Shown: positions 8,384 to 16,849 of the stretch, piece after piece
How positions within the stretch are numbered: the stretch's first letter is position 1
How the letters are laid out: each line of letters opens with the position of its first letter
Notes under the pieces: generated by a model
Database searches by the model: none
Told to the model about the DNA's origin: nothing
The model's input: the letters and a program-made list of their open reading frames with translations, nothing else
NCBI GenBank assembly: GCA_043228905.1
Contig: JBHGNT010000472.1
Location: forward strand, 1-23,594
Source of the DNA: Azolla caroliniana
Taxonomy: Eukaryota; Plantae; Polypodiophyta
Reading direction: 5' to 3'
DNA: 23,594 nt
Made by a program: the position numbers and the translations under genes

Positions 8384-11003
8384 TCATCTGTAAAATTCTT
8401 GAACACCAGAAATCACTTATCTAATTTCACACAATGAAAATGTTTTACTTTAGTCCCATAACTCATATTTAACGTCAGAGGAGGGCAAAATCTATCAACC
8501 TCTCTAAAAGATGTAATCTCTTATTTGGTCTTATAGGCCATTTTGGCCTCTTAAAAGACGTTAATATATCTTTCTTTCTTTCTAAGGGGATAATTCATCA
8601 TCATCACCTCATTTGTTTACCTGATCTTTTAGTCCAAGTTGAGAAGAGCCCAGGTTCGACCTGATGAGTCTTTGTTTCAGCATGGTGGCAGAATTTCAGC
8701 ATTCCAATCCAGAAGGCACCAAGGCAAATCACAAGAGATGCAGCCGAGCATAATGCAATAATAGCAATAGTCCCAATGGCTAGATTGTAGCTTTTTTTCT
8801 TAACTTCAACTCCAAAGGGGTTCTGTCCTGCAGTAGGGGACACTCCACTTGAAGGTTCAATTGGAGGTGATGCAGGAAGACCTACAAAATTTAACATTCT
8901 TATAAACAAAAACAAACTTTTGTTTTTAGAGTATTTACCCAAAAAACTACACATGGAGAACAAATTTTCTAAGGTTACCTGGATAGAGGACATAGATGAC
9001 ACTATAATTTCCAAAGAGAGTTGCATTCAAAACAAGTTCATGTTGCCAGAGCTTCCGATATATGAGAAGTGCAGTTATGTTGTCGAATTCCTGACCTAAT
9101 GGTACCAAATTCATATCTACTATTGAGTAATCTGTATATTGACTATCTGTACTCGCTCCTACAATCTCCACTTGCCTTGTGGACAGCACTAGAGCTTCAG
9201 CAACATCTGCCGCAAGCATAGACACCAGAGGGAAGAGTGAATACAGAGGAATGCTCAGCTCCATCTTTACTTGAACTGCTTGAACACATCCACAAGGTGC
9301 CATAAAAGGTGTCTTTGCCAATGGCGGTATACACACCATAGAGCTACATCCTATGAGCAACCAAAACATAAATTTACTTCCACCCTAAGACTACAATATT
9401 GCAATTGTAAAATTAAGCAAAAGATTCAAAATATTTCAATACTTACCATCATTTGGTGATGATGGAGGTTGAGATGAAGGTGAAATTATACTAGCTGGAC
9501 TTGGTGATGGAATGCTTCTTGTGGGTGCTATTTGTGGAGTGAGAACTTGACCTAACAATGTAGTAACAGAAACAAGTCCATGAGAAGCTTTAAAGATCAG
9601 AATATCTGATATTTTGTTAATTCAGTAACAACTCCGAAACACCCCTCCCTTGGTTTTTTCATCAGTTCCCCAAAGCCCACTTTATATACCTTTGGTCAGC
9701 CTTCATCTGTACCAAATAATTGTTTGTGATATTTAAGCATTTATATGGTCATCAAATCATCCCCTCTTTCTCAATTACATAGATGCTACTTTGAGACACT
9801 ATATGGCGAACTCATTCTCTTTTACTTAAGAGTCAACAACCATCATAGATAATTATATCCATAGCCTCTGTCCTCATGTCACTTCTTTTGGGACAAGTGA
9901 ATCCTTCGAAGGTTATGTTTTGGTTCCATGGGCCAATGTGCCCCACATACCATATCATACCATGTTTAGAATAGACCAGGGGCATTTTGGGAAATATAGA
10001 AAAAGAGGGTTGTTTTTGCCTACCACTTAGGAATCGATATGATAATATCACCAAAAGAAAAATTCAAGACATGTGTATCAATTTATCTACTTACTTGGGG
10101 ATGAGATATGATCTCTGTCATGAGACACTACATTTGGTGATGGTGCCGGCGATGGCGATGGGGATGGCGATGGTAATGGTGATGGTGGTATCATTCCCCC
10201 AGGTTTTTTTCTCAACTTCTCTCTTGATCGTTGGGATGGTGGTTCCTTTGGTGATAAAACTGAAGGCGATGGTGCTGAATAGTGTGATTTATTGGGTGGT
10301 AATTCTGGTGCAGAAATGGGAGGAGATTGGTGATGATGCTTATGATGCTTATGATGTCTCTTTTTAGGTGATGGGGATGGTGATGATGATGGTGATGGTG
10401 ATGGGGATGGGGATGGGGATGGGGATAGGGATGGGGATGGGGATGGGGATGGGGATGACACATTTCCATCATTTGATAGTAGTAGTACTTCAAACAATGA
10501 TTTTGAATTAGCTGAACGAGATGCATCCACGAGAAAGAACGACGAAGAATGGATGGTCTTTTTCAAATCTTCTGTTAGAGATTGCATTGGTCGTAAGGTA
10601 AACAATTTAGATAGTTCCAAATCAAACCAAGAACGAGCTGCTTTTAATAGCATCCCATATCCTCCTCCATTGATACTTCCATCATTTCCATGATTCACAT
10701 CTGCATATATGCACAACTAAATCTATAATAATCTTACCTCATTATGTTCTTTTACATTTTCTAACACTCAAGTTGTAAATAAAAAGGAAATCATCAACTT
10801 AAACAACGTACAGAATCTAATGGTAACAAAGAAAGGTTGAGCTTAGGAACAAAGGGAAACGAGAAAAACAGAGTAATGTCTTCTTGATACATATATACAT
10901 AAGAAAGCATACCTTGAGCAGAGACATGATACGAGACCACAAGGAGGAGGAGAAGCAGAAACATTGAGTGGAATGGGGCGTGATGCTTCACCATCATTTT
11001 CAT
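6197..11003 (-). CDS. ALE2: ALE2-like receptor-like Ser/Thr kinase (extensin-like Pro-rich ectodomain, Cys-containing domain, TM, RD kinase); complement(join(6197..6941,7299..7542,7920..8309,8621..8881,8979..9350,9447..9551,10095..10700,10913..11003)), 937 aa
   Basis: Signal peptide [16 protein letters not shown]; SP repeats; C..VC..PL..TP..APCGCV ectodomain motif typical of ALE2; [23 protein letters not shown]; kinase motifs [65 protein letters not shown] and [14 protein letters not shown]. All 7 introns are GT-AG and phase-consistent (2814 nt). Confidence 0.92.
7096..7119. repeat. (TA)n microsatellite in kinase intron 7
   Basis: tatatatata... run within a TA/TATG-rich intron. Confidence 0.9.
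7299..7542 (-). CDS. ALE2: ALE2-like exon 7 (HRD, DFG)
   Basis: TTTACCAG|, [11 protein letters not shown], donor GG|GTATAA, phase 2. Confidence 0.93.
7920..8309 (-). CDS. ALE2: ALE2-like exon 6 (kinase N-lobe)
   Basis: CACAG| acceptor (an alternative in-frame acceptor exists at 8387), GEGGFG/VAVK, donor G|GTACAC. Confidence 0.88.
8329..8378. repeat. (TC)25 / (GA)25 microsatellite in kinase intron 5
   Basis: Perfect dinucleotide run ending about 19 nt from the exon 6 boundary. Confidence 0.95.
8621..8881 (-). CDS. ALE2: ALE2-like exon 5 (transmembrane)
   Basis: TTTTGTAG|, GLPASPP...TM helix...WTKRS, donor G|GTAAAC. Confidence 0.9.
8979..9350 (-). CDS. ALE2: ALE2-like exon 4 (Cys-containing ectodomain)
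   Basis: CATAG|, encodes [10 protein letters not shown]...APCGCV...YVLYP, donor G|GTAACC. Confidence 0.9.
9447..9551 (-). CDS. ALE2: ALE2-like exon 3 (Pro/Ser-rich, missing from ORF track)
   Basis: TTGTTAG|GT CAA GTT...[35 protein letters not shown]|GTAAGT; 105 nt, phase 1/1. Confidence 0.82.
10095..10700 (-). CDS. ALE2: ALE2-like exon 2 (Ser-Pro repeats, His/Lys patch)
   Basis: Acceptor TATGCAG|, donor A|GTAAGT, 606 nt in frame. Confidence 0.8.
10367..10457 (-). repeat. Hexanucleotide (CCATCC/CCATCA)n repeat encoding (Ser-Pro)n; second copy ~10139-10188
   Basis: gatggggatggggatgg... on + strand; SPSPSP in the protein. Confidence 0.92.
10913..11003 (-). CDS. ALE2: ALE2-like exon 1 (signal peptide)
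   Basis: [30 protein letters not shown], donor AG|GTATGC; the exact start Met (11003/10997/10994) is uncertain. Confidence 0.75.
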
Positions 11004-11270
11004 TATGATTCTGAGAGTTGCAGTGGTGGTTCATCCTTGGGTTACTACTCTCCTCCCCTGTTCCCTAAACCAGTAAAGCATCTCTGCCATCCCTCAACAT
11101 TGGAGAAGAATCTATCCACATAAATTTTATATGTAACGATGCCCTTTGCTTTGTGGTGATTGATGATTAGGTGTTGTTTTTTACTTCATTATGGGGATGC
11201 AGAAGCAGAGATATGAATAAATAGATAGGTACTAGATGGGTAGATGTGTTGAGAGGGAGAGGGAAATGAG

Positions 11271-11367
11271 AGATAATGCAAGCTAGCTAGCTATGGTGAT
11301 GCATAAACAGAGTCCAAGATAATGCAAGCAAAGCTAGCTAGCTATGGTGATGCATAAACAGAGTCCA
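11271..11367. repeat. Tandem duplication (46 nt + 51 nt) upstream of the kinase
   Basis: agataatgcaagctagctagctatggtgatgcataaacagagtcca repeated, second copy with a 5-nt insertion. Confidence 0.93.
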
Positions 11368-11490
11368 AAGCATTACATCATTTCGTTATTACAAGGAATA
11401 TATAGGTATATGTATGTATGCAGAAGAAGTATTTTGATGAATAAATGCTGCTGTTTCTTCTTACTTCATTTTTGTTCTGCTCTGATGGAG

Positions 11491-11694
11491 ATTATTTATT
11501 ATTTATTATTTATTATTTATTATTTATTACTTATTAGTAATTACTTATTATTTATTATTTATTATTTATTACTTATTATTTATCATTTATTATTTATTAT
11601 TTGTTATTTATTATTTATTACTTATTATTTATCATTTATTATTTATTATTTGTTATTTCTTATTTCTTATTTAGTATTTAGTATTAATCATTTA
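11491..11694. repeat. (TTATTTA)n heptamer satellite, ~29 degenerate copies
   Basis: ttatttattatttattattta... with TTACTTA/TCATTTA/GTATTTA variants. Confidence 0.93.
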
Positions 11695-12527
11695 TCCCGA
11701 CATGCAATATAAAAGCAAAATAATTATTTTCAAATAGGAATACGTAATAAAGATCAATCTTATGTTTTCTTTATTAGAATAATAAATTTAATTGGAGGTT
11801 AAAATGTTTTTTTAAATTAAAAAAAGTCGCGCAAAATTTGCCCACGATTTTGTGTGACCTAAATTGGGCCGAATTTCTCTTGGTTCATCCCCCATCTTTC
11901 TTCTCCTCTGACAAATTATTTCTTGATTGGCGATGGTGGAAACAATCTCAATTCTGTGTATGAAAAAAAAAAGTCTCAAACCTCTGTTGAAAAAAGAAAA
12001 ATCAGAGAAGAAAGATTTCATGGACGTTCGAAGCTCTGTATTTAAAAAGCTCAAGAATTTCTTGCCGTAAAAAATAAAAGAAAAGAAAAAAGGAATTTAG
12101 CTTAATGGGCGGTGGCATACAACCTCAAAATCTCTGATTTTAATTATTGCTTCATGAAAGCCCAAACTCTCTGAGGCGGATAAAAGGAAAAGCTTCATGA
12201 AAGCTCAAATCTCTGTTTCTATTAGAAATGTCAGAATTTCTCTAGATTAAAAAAAAAAAATGCTTCATAGAAAAATTTCTCAGAGAAAATAAGTTTAATG
12301 ACGAAACAGCAGCTATGGCGGAACACTAAGTTCTCAGAAAATGAAAATTTCGAGTGAAAATTAAACAAACCAAATTTAAGGGAAATATAATCGGAGGGTG
12401 GGAAATCCCAGCAAGCTTAATGGAGAAAGGGCATTAATCCTGAGATTAATGATTTTCTAAATGTAACCAACAACAAACTGAAGGCAAAAAGAAAGCGATG
12501 GAGAACATCGAAAGCCAACAAATTAAA

Positions 12528-12606
12528 TAGAATTTACGATCGAAAAAATTAGTAGAAGTCATAGTACTAGTAGAATTTACGATCCAAATTAGTAGAAGTA
12601 ATAGTA
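12528..12606. repeat. Imperfect tandem duplication, period ~43 nt
   Basis: tagaatttacgatcgaaaaaattagtagaagtcatagta / tagaatttacgatccaaattagtagaagtaatagta. Confidence 0.85.
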
Positions 12607-13174
12607 GTGGTATTACAATTGGAAGGATCGGAGTAGGGAATTTTTTAAGTTGTCCTGATGAGAAACAAAAAAAATTGGGATTAAAAATGAGAAAAAAATC
12701 AGCAAAAAAAAAAAAACTTAATAAATCTGAATGTCCATTAAAATTTCAGCAGAAATTCTGTTTTTCGATGGGTTGAATGAATGGGATGGATGGCCCCTCC
12801 CATTTCTGTAATTTCATGAAACGTTCCCCTCCAAATCCCAATCCACTCAAATGAGTTTGCTTTCACACTCGCCCGCCCTCGAATCCCGTAGACCGACCAA
12901 AGTTTGTCGATCTCTACCTCCTTTTACACTCGTGTCGAGCCTAACTCCAGACCAAAAGAAAAGAAAAGAAGAAGAAGAACGAAGAAAGAAGATGCTTGTA
13001 TCAAATTTGCCTATGAAACGAGCCCACCCGATTCGTGCCCTATGAGACTAGGACCCGCATGTTGGCCTTACAGGTCGTTTCACGATATGGACATTTACGA
13101 AACCCAAATTGAACCTTTTAAAAAGAAAAAACATGAGAAGGTTTGGTTAGCCAAGTCATGTTGATCCCATCCCC

Positions 13175-13385
13175 AGAGACCCGTGAGATGCTTCGCGTCG
13201 ATTGTATTGTTGTGCTTGGGAAGTCCCAACGTGAGTCTTCCGACACTTTGCTAGTGCCAACGATCATTTGCGGCATCAATAGAGACCCGCGAGATGCTTG
13301 GCCTTAATTGTATTGTTGTGCTTGGGAAGTCCCAACTTGAGTCTTTTGGTGCTTTGCTAATGCCAATGATCATTTGGAGCGTCTC
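13175..13385. repeat. Two ~106-nt imperfect direct repeats flanked by a 9-nt near-duplication (possible non-autonomous element)
   Basis: agagacccg(t/c)gagatgctt...attgtattgttgtgcttgggaagtcccaac...gatcatttg at 13175 and 13281; flanks ccatcccca (13167-13175) and ccatcccta (13386-13394). Confidence 0.85.
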
Positions 13386-15269
13386 CCATCCCTAAGTTCT
13401 TAAGGTTTAATCCCTAGAGCTATGTCCCTTCAAGTGGGTTTCTTTGCAAGTGGTCACACTAACACGTAAGTCAAGTTTTCGAACCAAATCTAATTAGTTC
13501 AGAAAACTTTCTCCAACGCCGCGGTAGGAGTTGTGGTGCATTTACATCAATTAGACGGGAACAACTCCATTGTAATTTAGGAGAAAGATCATGATAATGC
13601 TAGCTCTGATGTTTGAACTTGTCCATCCAAAGTATTATTTATAAAGGGAAAATTTAACCAACGAAGTCTAAATTCTCCACTGAATTCCCATAAAATTGCA
13701 TTGTGTTCTTACAAGACTATTATTATTTTACTCATCCTAATGAAACTCGACCTATTAGTTAAGGCTGAAGAAACCTTGTTGTACACTACGTTCAAATGGG
13801 TAGTCAAAATGTTTAAATCAGTCAAACATTAGAGTAATTGTTTTAACTTTAAAGTCTTCTTATGTTCAATATTCTATGTCCTGTAGTTAACAAGGCTGAA
13901 TTCTTATTCAATCCATTACTTTCGAACCAATTATTTGAATAAAAATTTGTTTTTCTTCATACCTCCCTCTAAGAGAGTGTTTTTCAAAATGCCATTCTTT
14001 CTCTCTTCCTCTTGATTATATTGTGGGTCTTTGATTAAGATTATGTTCTAATTGATCAATTATATTGATAGGATGTTAATCTTAACACAATGGACCATAA
14101 TCAATCTTAAAATAATCTTAACATTGATTAATTGATCTAGTTCTAATAATGGACCATTCTCCGATTCCTCATTCCAATTGCTGGATGTCGAGCTAGTGTT
14201 GTGCTTTTTACTTCAAAAAAACCCACCAAATCAAGAGTGTGATTACAAAATAATTCATTTAGATAATTCTGATTGAACCACTATCAAGTAACTCCACAAA
14301 GTCACACTTTGAAGCTGAAAACAGAAATCAAGTAAATGCTCACAAACGAAGAATTGTTCTTATAACACAAGAAGTTGTGAGATAAATGATCCATTATGTA
14401 CACTAGTTTTTTATATTGTCATGATGTTCATTTACAATGTATATCGTTGATTTGACTTCTTGTCAAATTCATTTTTTAGGCTTCTATCTTGTCACATTTC
14501 GTTAAATCTTGATTTTCTCGCTCAATGTATTGATATAAGTTACTTCGGATATCTTCATTTTCATAATCCTTACAAATAGGTAGAAGATCTGTCACATTAC
14601 TTTATACAAAGGTTTCAAGAGTTATATCTAGTTGAACTTCGATGTAAATTTCATACAACCATCCTTCTCACAAAAAATTGGAATGAGATGGTCGCACGAC
14701 CCAAACTGTATCTAGTAATTAATTAATTGACAATGTTTTCTACCAGTGAAAACCATAGAACCAAGAGAAGAATGCAGTTATTTAGTTCCAACATTTTGCT
14801 CTTAATAATTCTTTAAAGGAAGTAATTGTGCATTAGTGGGTGACACATTATGCGAATTTGGTTATTAATTAGACTTTGCGAAGACAATTACCCAATTATT
14901 TATTACTTACAATGATTATATTATCTAATTTTATAAAAAAAAGTACGTGGATTAGTAATTTCTATCATTTGGACAATCTTCCCAATATAATACATACATG
15001 ATGATACATCTACAAACATTTACTTTGTTTTCATTTGAATTTTCTCTATGATAAAAAAATCAAGTTCATGATACATGACATATTGCATATTTTTTGTGGA
15101 ACAATAGTGCATGCTTTGATTTGTAAGAAGTTTGAAGCTTAGGGGATATAGCTTATGTTGTAGAACTTATGTACAAAGAAAATACTCCTTGCAATATTTT
15201 CCTCGATGAAAGGTGGTAATAAGCAATTTAGTTGTGAAATCCACGTTTTCAACCTAAAAAAAGGTTAAT

Positions 15270-15860
15270 GGATTGTTATTCCTAGTCATCAAAGATGATG
15301 TGATAGAACATTGTCACATTAGTTTATGTGGACGATATCGATAGTATAATGCATTTAAATCGAGTCATATTAGAAAACTTCATTGTCAATCATCCACAAA
15401 TTTCGTCTTAGAACAATGAATGTAGAGCTATTGAGGTAGCATGACCTAGTTAATTTGATTTGATGTTTGCTATTCGTTGTCGAAAGAGGCACACATCACA
15501 TACTCGAATTGTTGGTGAAAAAGGAGTCTAGATTCAACAAGCAATCTACATTGTCTGGGTGACTAATGTCCTTGGCTTTATCTTCTAGAAATAAGGGTTT
15601 GTGAATGTTAAAATCTCGAGGCATGAGCGGGAAATAAAATTTTAAGCAGATGAAGAGGCTAGGTGATAATCAAGGAGCAAAAATAAATTATGCAGGGCAT
15701 ACGAGCATATCGAGAGAGAACTTTTATATGATATATTAAACAAAAAGTGATCGTCACAATGATAAAATTTAAATTCGTCCTCAACAATGCATAAGTCTAG
15801 TTATTTAGCCTTCGAGATAGGTTAGGAATATACTCCATAGGTAAGAAAGATTGTGTGTAG
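15270..15860 (+). mobile_element. Possible highly decayed Ty3/Gypsy integrase relic
   Basis: IVIPSHQR/DVIEHCHISLCG (15272-15332, one frameshift) resembles the integrase Zn-binding VP..R..IL...H....GH motif; weak downstream resemblance (RAYEHIE, LAFEIG); many stops. Confidence 0.3.
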
Positions 15861-16849
15861 AAAGGAGACTATGGAAAAATGTAACATATTAGTCTTATAC
15901 TCGTTGTTCTTGTAATTTCGAAGCTTGTATCATGTATGTGGAACCTCGTCAAGTGTTCCCTTTTTAAAGTATAGTGGCCACTATAATGCCTCACACAATT
16001 TTCGAGTTTATATAGCTCCATTCCGATGCATTAGATACACTACATGCACATGATGTAACACTCCTCGTCAATTGAATGTCCTTTTACTGAGATTGCATAA
16101 TAGATCCTTCTTGGAACGGGTAATCTTGGACAATAAGAAGTAAAACACACAAAATTCTATGCCCTTACTAGTTACATGTTTTTGGATCTCTCTCAATATG
16201 TATCATACCTAATTGTTCAACTTTGATCCACAAGTTTATATGTTGAGGGAATATACATTAAAATCAAATGTCAAGACGTGCCCATTTGATAATTTTGTTA
16301 TCTCTTACTATACACACCAACCAAGAACAAGAACCATAATATCATGGCATCATCATATGATCAATGCGAGTATTTCTTTGCAAATTCATCCATGTTGAAT
16401 TAGATGTCATTGATAACAGTGAAAAATGAGCTTGTATATTTTATGAATCTAGAAAACATTGTGCAGTGTCTTGTTAACTAAACTATTAAACAAATCCATG
16501 TGATCTTTTATTATAGGTGGAGCAAGTTGTGTGGGTTAGCTCTTTAGCAATCATACGTTATAGAATACATGTATATACATGTAGTAAGCACATCAAAATT
16601 ATATGTGCACATTAACCTTTTTATAGAACCATAACTCAAACCAATTCATCACATATTTAAAACAATTGAAAACCACGTGAAAAATCCCCTACTATTAGCT
16701 CATCAATTAATCAATAGTCTTTGCATATTTATATGTGTGAATGACAACAATGTAACCCAATTTTGTTTGTTGGATACAAGAGGAACATGATGTTGCTTTT
16801 TTTTTCAAACAATGGTTTAAACTTTATATTATGTCTAAAACGATTTACA

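Noticed and set aside
10212-10526. His-Pro repeat ORF (and the Met/Val-rich ORF 9987-10367 on +)
   Set aside because: Alternative frames of the Ser-Pro hexamer repeat; splice phases select the SP frame
11344-11712. 122-aa hydrophobic 'membrane protein' ORF
   Set aside because: Translation of the (TTATTTA)n satellite
12851-13164. Two short Lys/Arg/Glu-rich ORFs
   Set aside because: Driven by an AAG/AAAAG low-complexity run; no motifs or splice support
15860-15915. Shine-Dalgarno-like GAAAGGAG before an ATG (possible bacterial or organellar insert)
   Set aside because: The ORF is only about 14 codons and the context is decayed nuclear sequence; chance match
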